From positions 47,740,001 to 47,804,000 of the forward strand of contig OZ024742.1 of assembly GCA_964016885.1 (NCBI GenBank): a stretch of 64,000 nucleotides of DNA. The letters run 5' to 3'. Both the position numbers and the translations under genes were made by a program. The notes under the pieces were generated by a model, which was not told the origin of the DNA, searched no databases, and worked only from the letters and a program-made list of their open reading frames with translations. Origin of the DNA: Eledone cirrhosa. Lineage: Eukaryota. Below are positions 41,968-54,397 of the stretch, in pieces (positions within the stretch are counted from its first letter, which is position 1; the number at the start of each line of letters is the position of its first letter).

Positions 41968-42862
41968 ATGATGAGCTGCGCGTTGCAAATGGGGTGCATA
42001 TGAAAAAGTAAGTCCTTCATCAGTGACCCTCCAACCGTCCCAGGCATTTCATCGCTTTAAGGGCCATATACCTCAGGTTGGTGCGAGCAACGGCTAAAAA
42101 AAGTCGTTGGGACACGTAAATAAAGGGGACGTTAGGGTAACAAACAAAATGGTTTAAGCAACGGAAAGTGAGAAGAAAGAGACAAGTCCCATATTTCTAT
42201 GAATATAAACTCGGTGAAATCGTGAACAAGAGACAAAAGACCATCAAACCTGGTTGAAATGTGAGCAAGGAAGGAATTTCGCACAGGTCTAACGGGGGGA
42301 AGAAGAAGAAGAAGAAGAAGAAGAAGAAGAAGAAGGGGTCTGGTCTACGAATTCGGTAAACATAAGTTTTGTGAAGTCGCAGACGAAAGAGAGAGAGAGA
42401 AAAAAGTTCATACCGGCTTGACCAAGAACGCGCGAGAAAAGAATTACACACAGGTCAAACGGGAAGAAAGAGGAGGAAAGAGGAGGAGAGGTAGTGACAG
42501 AGAATGAGTGAGTGAAAGTTGAGGAGGAGGCTAACAGAGAGAGAGACTGCTAGAAAGGGTAAAGATACAAAGAACGAAACAGACGGAGGGCAGCAGAAGA
42601 AAAATTATGTGTAAATATGATAATAATGATGAGCTGCGCGTTGCAAATGGAGTGCATATGAAAAAGTAAGTCCTTCATCAGTGACCCTCCAACCGCCCCA
42701 GTTCCGTCGCTTAAACCATTTTGTTTGTTACCCTAACGTCCCCTTTATTTACGTGTCCCAACGAATTTTTTTAGCCGTTGTTCGCACCAACCTGAGGTAT
42801 ATGGCCCTTAAAGCGATGAAATGCCTGGGACGGTTGGAGGGTCACTGATGAAGGACTTACTT

Positions 42863-42870
<8 letters not shown>
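41963..42870. mobile_element. Family B: 658-bp unit plus partial second unit plus 170-bp inverted copy
   Basis: GAGCTGCGCGTTGC at 41973 and 42631; inversion at about 42701; (TA)n flanks. Confidence 0.85.
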
Positions 42871-42903
<33 letters not shown>

Positions 42904-43329
42904 CACGCACACACACACATATAAATATATATATATATTTATATATTCATACATATATTGATCTGTTATTAGCATAACTATTTTACGTAATGTAGCTGAA
43001 GTCCATTAAATCACATATTGAGTTCTTTCTTTGTTTTATACCGAAATAAGAACGTTAGAATCATGGAACATCGATTCTACAATACCCCGAAGCTTCTACA
43101 ATTTCAGAGCCAGCGTATCACTGGGTGTAGTGGTTTATGGATATTCTTAGTTCAAATAATAACCCTTGATTACTTTGTACACAGTCTCAGTTACAGTAGG
43201 TTGATCAGCATCTCCTAGCCATGGCTAACACGATATTACTCACAAATATTTACTTGATATTGAATTAATGTAATAAAATACAAATCCACCAAAGAAAAGT
43301 ATGAGAAATATGTATAAAATCTCTGTTAG

Positions 43330-43530
43330 GAGTTCGACCCAAGATCGTAAGAATATGAGTGGTATTGTTGGCGTCCGATTGTGCTTTTGAGCAAGACACT
43401 TTATTTTACGTTGGCCTAGGCCACTCAATTTGCAATTCAATGGGTCACCTTTGTCACTCACAGTGCTATGCTGATTCTCAATAAGGATGCACGTACCGTT
43501 GGACTTCTCAGTCACCTACACGTTAACGTC
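43330..43530 (+). mobile_element. Degenerate second-family tRNA SINE
   Basis: B-box-like GGAGTTCGACCC followed by TTGAGCAAGACACTTTATTT core. Confidence 0.5.
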
Positions 43531-45272
43531 ACAGGACACACACACATATATGTATTGATGCATAACACACGCGTCGCTCATCGTTTGCTGTTGCTGTCTG
43601 CACAAACTGTGAAATATACACATAGAACCACACTCGTAGTAGAATTCCTCCGAGGTATTGCGTTCAGCTTTAGTCCATTTGGGATGACCTCCTAATATAC
43701 TTATATTGAAACTATTTGGGTATTTATTTCCACATCCTCAACGTCCCCATTCTAACATGAAATGAGTCTACATAAATCTATGATGTTGACATTTGCTCCA
43801 GATTAGCCGCACATACGGAAATCATAGGTCAGGAAATCGCGCTTCATATAGTGAAATCTGTCTTCTTCTCCCTTATCCCCTCCTCCTTACGTTATCTTCT
43901 ATATTCGTTCTCAACCCTTTCCAAATATTCTTTATTTTTAGTCCCTTTTAAGCCTCGTAGCATAAAATAAAATGTGATATATTGCATTCTTGTATTTCAC
44001 TTTTCCCTATACGTGTGAGAAATGAACACTTTCTAAATCAACGAACATAATATCATAACGATTCTCAAAAATGACCTTTCTCTATTATTAGTCAACTCCA
44101 CTTTAATCTTTCCAAGAGTAAAATGTGATATATAATTAAATTTCAACGTGTTTTACTACACATGTTATATTAGAATGATTTAAGCAAGAGATTATCATTC
44201 AATTCGAAATAGAGGATAGAGGCAAATTGCAAAAAAAAAAAAAAAAAAAAAAATGAAAGAAAAACGTATTACCACGGCGTTTGATGTTTTATGTAATCGT
44301 TTGTGTTTAAGAATTTCATGTAAGTTATGAAGTTCAGCTAAAGTAGAATCAATGAAACAACGATTACGGTTATAATCAATTGAAACGTGTAAACGTAAAC
44401 GTACATTTAATAGGAATAAATGAAAGATGAAATTTTCAAGAAAACACGGTAAGCAAGCGAAATAATAGAAAGGCTCTTTATGAGATTTTCCAGATTTCAT
44501 ATCAATATTAGTATTAAAAGAAGAAAAGAGAAACGAAATTGAAATAGAGAATAAAGACCAAACTCAAACTCCTTTCACCTCCTTTAGATCGAGATCAAAG
44601 AGTTAAAACAAAGTTATCATAAATTAAATATTAGTTTGCTTGTTTGAATAACAAAAGCTATATAGTCCATTGCTGGTTTCCTTTGAAAAAGAAGCTGCTT
44701 GTTACAGCCATAAGCTTCACTCACATTCACGAAAGCAGAAGGAATCAATATGTGAAAATGAGCATTAAAGTTGACAGCAGAATTATATTGATGTATTTGA
44801 ATTGCATAGCAGAGTTGGAACTTATTAAGTTTATTAAAGTTCTCATAACCGTTATTGAGGTATTCTTACGTTATTTCATTTTCAGATTTTCCAAACCTTG
44901 TGTGGCAAATTGTTTTAATATATTACTTTTGCAAACATTCAAAAATATCAAACTGCAAGCAAAGTTTTAACCTATGGACAAAACACATTTATGTTCACCC
45001 ATGAGAGGCGGCGTTGGTGACTGGGAATTGTTTCTATAATGTTTATATTTAAGCGCATGTTTATGCTTGTGTGTGTGCGTTTGAGTATGTGCGTGTGTAA
45101 GTGCGTATTCATATTTTGTATTCATATAGAGTATTGAAAACATGTTTCGTGTATTCGAATATGTGAGCCAGGGGATAAAAAAAACAAACACACGGAAGAT
45201 TCATATAAAGTGAAATTTAATACACACACACTCTCACACACACACACAAACATATATATATATATATATATA

Positions 45273-45462
45273 ACGAAGGAAATGTGGTAAGGAACCATGT
45301 GGACCATAACGCACCAAAGTACTCAATACTTAGGGTAGTAGAGTGGGTAATAGGAACAAATAAGACCCCGACGGCTGAGCTCAAGCCGTTTCGACGGCTA
45401 ATTCTGGACTCAGAATTAGCCATCGAAACGGCTTGGGCTCAACCGTCGGGGTCTTATTTGTT

Positions 45463-45466
<4 letters not shown>
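45273..45466. mobile_element. Family A fold-back copy (palindrome 45350-45467, loop GACT)
   Basis: Arms of about 57 bp with about 3 mismatches; A terminal block; (TA)n flanks. Confidence 0.85.
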
Positions 45467-45515
<49 letters not shown>

Positions 45516-45516
45516 T

Positions 45517-45551
<35 letters not shown>

Positions 45552-45826
45552 TAATTCGACCGGCCATCAACAACTCTTCCCAGACTGCTCTCTCAGCCCC
45601 CCCCCCTCACCAGTCTTCCTTTGATAATGGATGGTAAATCAGAAAGTATCTGGGATCATTAAATTTACTGGGTTTAAAATTCAGCCGTTCTCACTTTTCT
45701 CTCAGTTCTTTTATTCTACTTTTTCAAGTTCCTATTACCTTGGCACTTATAATCTCACAGGCTTTGTCGGGCTTGTAAAATAACTTATCTCAGAGTTAAA
45801 TTTATTTGTATATATATATATACATA

Positions 45827-47007
45827 TATGAGGTATGTCAAAATTGTAACAGTATGTTGTTTGAGGCATGAGTAAAGTAGGGATTAGTGGGTTGCACCAT
45901 TGTGTGACTTAATATGCAGAGAGTATATAACTGTGGTCTCAGATCTCTGCGACCATTTTATGTTTTTTCACATGCTTTTGTTAACAGCTCCTCAATTTTA
46001 GGCTGTCGGGTATTTGGCACAAATCAACGAACCAATCTGAAGTTTCTGGTGCGGTTGGGGAAAACTCAATCATATGCACTCGCATTACGAGAACGGAAAT
46101 GAGACGATGTTGCACTCATATGTTTCAAGTGGCACGAAAGTTTGAAAATGGGATGCGATGATGTGGAAGACGATTGCAAATGCGAAAGACCTTCATGGAG
46201 CAGGACTGAAGCTGACGTTGAGCGCGTGGGGCAGCTGAGGCGTGTTGTTCGTCGGCTGAGTGTTTAACTGACCGCAAGTGAGCTAAGCATGAATCGCAAC
46301 AATGTTTGAAAGATTATCTCCGACCATTTTAGCAAGCGGAAGTTCTATGTGAAGAAACCGAAAAAGACTTGCTTGGGAGAGTCATCACAGGTGATGAGTC
46401 ATGGATATTTAAGAAGGACTGGGAAACCAAGCGCGAGATTCTTCAGCAGGTGAGTCCAGAGTCACCTAGTCCTGAGGAAGCAAAACATTCGCAGCCCACA
46501 GTCAAATTCATGTTGAATGCGCTCTTCGATGTGACAGCCACCATCCACATAGATTTATTGCCACAGAATCAGAATTTCAACCAGCATGTCTAAAAAGAGA
46601 TGCTATGGCAGGGCAACTCGTAGATGTTTCACCACGAAAACGCACCGGGTCAGAACACCCTGAGTATCCGGCTGTTCCGAACCGAAAAGAACATCACCGA
46701 TCTGGAATAATCTCCCTATACACCAGACCCGGCTCCGTGTGATTTTTGCCTTTGCCTCAAGCTCAAGAGATTCATCTAAGGGACACTTTTCCGGACGTGG
46801 AAGCCATTATGAAGGCCGTGACGACATAAATGCGACGGATCCCGGGAGAATCGTTCCAGGGGTATTCAGATCTGGTGGTGAAGGATGACAAAATGCATTA
46901 GACTCGCGGGAGATTATTACGAAGGGGAAACATGTAGTTTATTGTTTGGATTTGAAATAAATTCTTTCCGACCCCTTTCCTTGTTTTTCTTTCAGGCACA
47001 TATCGCA
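45827..47007 (+). mobile_element. Decayed mariner (Tc1/mariner superfamily) transposon
   Basis: QRTNLKFLVRLGK, VEDD..RPS, VITGDESWIF, FHHENAP, SPYTPDPAPCDF; degenerate TIR-like ends; many stops. Confidence 0.9.
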
Positions 47008-47014
47008 CACACAG

Positions 47015-47063
<49 letters not shown>

Positions 47064-47297
47064 AATACGCACACACAAACACACACGCACATACACACTA
47101 ATATACAGACAGAAACACATACAAATACACACACACATATATATATATTTAGCAAGAGATAGAGTGAGAAAGAGAGAGAGATAGAGAGAGGGGAGAGAGA
47201 GAGAGAGAGGGAGAGAGAGAGAGATGTTGCTATATCTACTCTCCTGCTTCTACAGTAGTAAATATTTAATATTTCAAGAATAGTTCATTATATAATT

Positions 47298-47480
47298 AAT
47301 TGTTTCTACTTTTGGCACAAGGCCAGCAATTACCTAGTGTATTACTGGTACTTTATTTTATCGACCCCGTAAGGATTAAGGGCAAAGTTAACCTTCGCGG
47401 GATTTGAACTAAGAATGGCAAGGGCCGTAACTCTATGCGTCAAAGCATGGCGTCCGACCCTCTACCGATACTGCCAATCC
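47298..47480 (-). mobile_element. Nin/Deu-core SINE, near full length
   Basis: Reverse complement of head, core and tail motifs. Confidence 0.82.
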
Positions 47481-49254
47481 CCCATATAATTAATAATACA
47501 TGTACACGAACCCCATATTTATAGTCCCTCTTTAACATCTGAAGATAATACTCTGTTCTCATAATAAGCAATGCATTTATGTTCAGTAATGCAGTCGGTG
47601 ACTGTTCATTTCACATCCAATGACAAGTAAAATGTGTGCAATGAGACTTCAGTATATATCAACAACCCAAGCTTCAGCTCTGCATTTCTCATCAGAACGC
47701 TTAGTCGGATTTTTTGTTCATGACGTACTTCCGAAATATAGTCGATGTGGGCTGGCTAGTTATTTGCATGGAATTCTTTCAATAAATGAATTCATAATTA
47801 TACACAAAAATATTTCATGATATAATATACAAGATATTTGCATTTACTCTCTTCTAGTTTCTATTTATCTTTGATATAATATCTGCCTAATTTTGAAATG
47901 AAATTTGTAAATTTTCTATTTTCTTAACTTTCATTTCTCCATTTTTTCCATCCACTATGTTTTGAGAAATATTATCAAAACTGTTCTCACGTGTATATCC
48001 AACGCTAGAACATTTAAATGGCTTATATAAACCACAAAACTGACAATTAATATTACTTTGGGCAAATAAGATATTCTCGATAAAGCAAATATATTTGATT
48101 AAGTAAGTGTGTGCGCAATATGAAACTTTTTTTTCGACAATTAACTACGACTAAATCCTGAATGTATGCCGAAGATCATGACTAACTACACAAGCAAGGA
48201 AGCATCCCATGCAACCAACAGTGGGTCAGTGTGGATGGGGAGACATAGATTCAGCGTAGTCGCTTAGCATTGATCGTGGCGTTAGTCATAAACTGCTGGA
48301 TGATCTTCATTAAATTAGTCACTTTGCTATCCCATATTTCATACATATTCACCTGACCTATGAAATGTTTCTGATATTGAATTTAAATATATTTGGGACC
48401 GGAATCTACGTTCTCACAAGTTTATGATGAGTAATCTAGACGGGGGCCTGTCATATTGAAAAGAACAGTCAAATCTTCATGAAACCATAGCGTTTCATGC
48501 TGGAAAAATAAAGGGCACACTGCCTTGTTTATTCAACGCACGTTCGTTTGGCGTCAGATTATTCCCGATTAATTTCATGTTGTTTTTCTACACTCAGACT
48601 TATACAATGAATTTATGATTCAAATGGGTAATATTATCTTGCAGTCAAATTCTGAAACTCCCCGAGTATTATGTTCAGGGTAGACGTCTGTTTAATGTCA
48701 GCCACTTGCAAGTTAATTTCACAGGAAAGCTGATCCGTTTATCAAACAAAATGACGGATGTCTAACAAGAACAGCCAAAACAAGTCATGGACAGCAAAAT
48801 TGCAATTTACTTCTTCGAGAGAATTAATTCCAACTAATTTCCCAACAAAACAAAGAGTTGCCCTTTATCGTCAATTCAGACATAATTATACAGGAGGAAG
48901 ACGTTCCTATAGCGATACCTCATCATACTGAATATTTGTAACTTCATTACAAATCCTACCTGTTTTTATTTCATGACGGTAAAATATAATTTTACAGATA
49001 TTCGGTTATTTCTTGTAGAAAAGAGGACCATGCACGAGCTGCATGAAGCAAATAAAAATTCAGATCTTGCTGAATTAGTTCGTATATATTTTATTTAACG
49101 CCAGCAGTTCAGGAATGTATTGTGAAATATTTCTTGAAATGCTTCATGTACAAATTCATATCATTAGGAAATAGAATGTGAGTATAGAAAAGATGAGCAT
49201 GTGCGAATGCATATAAATGTGTGCACACATACACCTACAACTCCACCCCACCCT

Positions 49255-49291
<37 letters not shown>

Positions 49292-51167
49292 TATATATAT
49301 ATAAATATCTATATCTATACGGAGAAAGAGAGAGTGAGAGAGAAGGGGAGAGAGAGAAAGAGGGAGAACTGTGAGAGATAAATAGAGGACAGAGATTTCA
49401 ATATACATATACAACTACATGAAATATGTTGATATTTCTTTCATATTACTATAAGTGATTGTATGCGTGATAGTCAAAGTATAATTGATACTATCATTCA
49501 TATCACGATCCTTTATAACTTTCTCTCTCTCTTCCTCACAGTCAGTCTCTTTATCAATCTATCTATCTAGCTAATTGTCTCTCCATCATTTCTTCTGCCT
49601 CTCTTTCCATTTCTCTCTCACTCTTACTCACTCACTCTCGCTTGCTTTCACCCACTCTATCTTTCTTTCCCTCATCACAACCCTCCCATTATAATGTAAA
49701 ATTAAGACATGCTGCTAGATTTGCAACAAACCGATTCTTCTCTTTCATATATATTTTTTTATGAGCTGGGATAAAAGGGAATCAGAATGCTGTCGAATTC
49801 ATGAACACGTAGTTGTTATATGATTTCACACGTATGAACTCTAAATCCGAAAATGAAGAATATTTTACTGTATCCATTAAACACAAATCAAACCAACGAT
49901 ATAAAACCATTTCCTATGAATATTTAGAAAGTTAGATTTTTTCATATCACTTTTATTTTTATTTTTAAGGATTTGCTGAGTAAATGGTGATGCTTTTGTA
50001 ATGGATGTTATTGTTATTGTTCATGTTGTTGTTGTTGTTATTATTATTATTATTATTTTAACATCAGCATCATTGTTGAGAATCATCAGTGTTCAATATA
50101 CTAATTTTCATCATGCTGCATCTAAATAAAGGATATTTAATCATTCACATGCGAACATGTAATCAAATAAAAATGAATATAGCCACATATACCAATCCAT
50201 ATACCGTGAATACATAAAAATCAAACACAGGAAATCCTACTTGCAAGCTCGTAATCGTAATTTTATATAAACACATCTATAAAGTAGTTATTTATGTATT
50301 GTATTAAAGAAAGTTTATGATATTGTATGTTTTTGATATTTTATATATTTTATAACGCTATAGGTATCTGTTCCATTGGAGAAATAAAATTTCATTAGTC
50401 AGCAGGCATTTTACGTTTTCTTTTTCTTCTATCATTTAACTTGTTGCAATATGATTCAACATGCAAATGGAATATTTTTCACCACCATTACCAAGAATTT
50501 ACTTTTTCTCACCCTCTCTTTTCTTTCCTTTTTCATTACAATAATGCTTTTACGGCATGTTTTTCATTGCAATATCCATACTGTTACAGAACATTTATCC
50601 AGTTTCAATTTTAATATATATATATAGAGAAATATATATATTTAATGATAATTTTGTTTATAACATTTTTATATAATTTTCCTGTGTATATATGTGGAAC
50701 ATGTAACCATCTTCAACAATTCTTACTTTCTCAGGTTTAATGCATATCTGATCATAGCTGATAATGCAATTTTTCGTTTTGCAATAATGCAGCTCTAAAA
50801 GTTTGCAAACATTTAACATGGGCATCATTGCACTAAATTCCATCATTACAGTTGACATCAGTATCATGCACGTTGCTCTGACGATAACAATTTCATTATT
50901 GAGATTGTAAAAACCAACGTACATGTATGAATGCGAGTGAGAACATGTAACATCATTCACTGCTCTATGCTGAAAAATCTAACGATATATGTACAAACTA
51001 ATTCCTTTTACTCCTTGAATGTAGGACCAATCAAAATTATTCTTATCTATTCCGCGGAGACCAATAAGGAACTGAAGTTTTCAGCATTTATGAAAGTCGG
51101 AAGGGCAACAGCAAACGACTCCTATAAAGTAGATACAATTTTCTTCTACCAAAATCATATATATATA

Positions 51168-52300
51168 TTCTGCTACGCGTCTATCTCAGAGCCTCTACTG
51201 AAGGATGCACTTGCTTTTGCCAAGAATGTTATCACCATTACCGACACTGATCAGGACGTGACCCTCCACACCCGTAATACCTTTTTATACCATGAAGTGT
51301 CTTATTGGATTAACAAGAAGTCTGAGACTCCATTTGACGTCAGTGTGGGAGCAAGTGACTCGGCAGAAGTTAGTGAACTGGTGGGCCTGTGCATCCTATA
51401 CCACCTGAAGAACCTTTTCACAGGCGTGTCCAGAGGATTATACTGCGACGATGGCCTTTTTGGTTTTCACAAGGTAAACCCCAGAACTACTGATGGGTTT
51501 CGGAAAAACTTATGCCCTTACTTCCGTAATCTTTGTTTTAGAATAACTATAGAATCAAATATGACTAGGGCCAACATTTTAAATGTCACTTTAGATTTAA
51601 ATACTTCCCGTACCACACAATTAACGAATCCCTTAGTTACATAGATGTTAATTCGAACCACCCCAAAAATGTTACTGATACATTAGTTAAAAATGTCTCA
51701 CTAAGAATTTCCGGTCTCTCAGGCAATGAAGACTATTTCAGTGCCACGACCCCATATTACAATGAAGCCGTTGCCTGCAGTGGCTTTAAAGAAAGGATTA
51801 CCTATAGAGAAATGACCCCAAGACCACTTAACAGAAATGGGCATAGGGAAATGTAGTTGGTACATCCCCCACCCTTCAACCGAGAGGTATCTACACCAAT
51901 AGGTAGGACTTCAAATTGCTGAATAAACACATCTCCACACAACATATGTACTACACTATTTTTGATAAGACTCTACTACGCCACCACAGCTAAATAAGGG
52001 AGGAATATAGCCAACCTCAACACTGCAAAATAAGCTTCCTACCTCCCAATCCCCCCCCCCCTTGACAGGAGCCTTCTGCAACTGCCACAATAAGGAAGCG
52101 TGTCCACTAGAAAATAAATGCCTGATGAATGTCATCGTATATAAATAAGATGTCGTCTCAGGCATTGATAACAAGAACAAAAAAACATATATCCGAATGA
52201 CATCCAACGAATTTAAAACTCGGTGGTATGCCCATACCCACTCGTTCAGAAGACCGGACGAATCAAAACAAAAAACACTCGCAGCCTAAGTCTACCACTT
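51168..52300 (+). pseudogene. Degenerate Penelope-like element RT plus GIY-YIG endonuclease (Naiad-like)
   Basis: FDVSVGASDSAEVSELVGL..GLYCDDGL, YIDVNSNHP, PPFN, CNCHNKEACPLENKCL..IVY..YIRMTSNEFKTRWYAHTHSF; frameshifts and stops. Confidence 0.88.
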
Positions 52301-52444
52301 TGACGCGTAAATTGAAATTCCTCAAGAGAGGCTTTCAAAATTGCCCTAGGTTTCCATAGATTATATATACATACCAGTTGGTGCTATTAACTTAGACTTA
52401 GACTGGCTGAAACCTACCTATGAAAGTTATGAAAGTTATGAAAG

Positions 52445-52485
<41 letters not shown>

Positions 52486-52648
52486 TGTATACTAGAAAAT
52501 GAAAGGCATAACTGTAAATACAATCTATTGATATAAATAACAGCTTCAAAATATCAGATGAGCCGCGCATATAATATATGTCAGTCCACTGTACATCAAT
52601 ATATACATGTGCATCTGTATGTCTCTTGCATAGCTTTGATTCTTGTGA

Positions 52649-52699
<51 letters not shown>

Positions 52700-52703
<4 letters not shown>

Positions 52704-53615
52704 ATAATAATAAAATTGAAGACTAAAATCCAAAGAAGGCTCGATAAGGATAAATATATATCAAATATATAAGAACCGTAGAGCAAATATTTATTAAAAT
52801 AACAGATTAAAGTTTAAGCAAAGAATCGCTGCTTTCACCCTTATCCCAAATTAAGATAAATCAAATGAATTTAATCTAAATCAAAATTATGGGTGTCACG
52901 CCAGAAAGACATGCGCCATATCACCCGTAAAATAAGATCTAAGATTCTAACGAGTAGGTCCGAGCATCTTATAATAACTAGAGATTGATTAACATATAAA
53001 TAAACATGAATAATCACAGGAGATAATTTTTACAAGTGTGTAACCACACATAGCTAGGTAGGTAACTAAATAAAGTTGACCAGAACTTCAAAAATAGATA
53101 CCTTATAACATGTCTTTCTGGCATGACACCCATAATTTTGATTTAGATTAAATTCATTTGATTTATCTTAATTTTGGATATATATATATATAAATACGGC
53201 TCCTTAATTGTAGAGCTAACTCTGTTGAAAGGACTCGACTGCGTTTCTAGTTGTCGATAACTCTATTCACGCCACTGGGACGAAGCTAGTATGATGTGTG
53301 TATTTCTAGTAAATACTACACGTGCTGGACAGTCGTTGATTTGAACTTGAAGTGTAAACACGGAATGCTGGAAAAATTTCTTCCTTGTTGATAATCCAAG
53401 TCTCCACTTCTGTGGTTTACCATCTGATTAATTGGTGAAATATATTTCTTTAATGGAATATATACATGGAAGATTAATCATATTATAAGGTATCTTTTTT
53501 GAAGTTCTGGTCAACTTTATTTAGTTATGTACATCCCTATGTGTGGTTACACACTTGTAAAAATTATCTCCTGTGATTATTCATGTTTATCATATGTTAA
53601 TGAATCTCTAGTTAT

Positions 53616-53620
<5 letters not shown>
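52700..53620. mobile_element. Family C terminus (52700-52845) fused to interlocking inverted repeats
   Basis: IR pairs 52844-52913 / 53110-53180 and 52968-53108 / 53482-53617. Confidence 0.7.
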
Positions 53621-53710
<90 letters not shown>

Positions 53711-53736
53711 ATATGAATGTATATATGAATGTATAT

Positions 53737-53771
<35 letters not shown>

Positions 53772-54332
53772 AGAAGTTAATATGCCAATAGGTACTAAGT
53801 ACCCCTAGAAATATATAGGTTGTCTATGATTTAAGGTTGTTCTATGGTATTAATTTGACATAGCAGAACTATAATATTAAGATAAGCAGAACAAGCAAAA
53901 TTCAACCAATTTTTTAAAATAAATAAAAAAATATAATTTAAATATTTACCTATTCTTTTGGCCCTTACCGATCGGTTTCGCTTTGTAAAACACCAGAAAT
54001 CCAATGGATTTCCAATGGAAAATCAAAGTTCATCAGAGAAGCATTTTCCTTTCCTAGGGCTAAAGACCCAGGAACGATAAAATATATTTTCGACCTTTTA
54101 GATCCGTGCTAGCTGGCGGATAACAATATATTTTATCGTTCCTGTGTCTTTAGCCCTAGGAAAGGAAAATGCTTCTCAGATGAACTTTGATTTTCCATTG
54201 GAAATCCATTGGATTTCTGGTGTTTTACAAAGCCAAACCGATCGGTAAGGGCCAAAAGAATAGGTAAATATTTAAATTATATTTTTTAATTTATTTTAAA
54301 AAATTGGTTGAATTTTGCTTGTTCTGCTTATC

Positions 54333-54340
<8 letters not shown>
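53772..54340. mobile_element. Fold-back element (arms 53874-54088 / 54125-54339) with HHR motif at 53961-54042 (-)
   Basis: Arms of about 215 bp. Motif reads TTCT-CTGATGA-aCTTTG..CAAAGc-GAAA-CCGATCGG-TA-AGGG; the plus copy has two core mutations. Confidence 0.85.

Positions 54341-54394
<54 letters not shown>

Positions 54395-54397
<3 letters not shown>

Noticed and set aside
50931-51167. N-terminal part of the 237-aa ORF as part of the PLE protein
   Set aside because: Similarity to PLE RT begins only near 51168, after a short TA run. The upstream part is probably fortuitous open frame.
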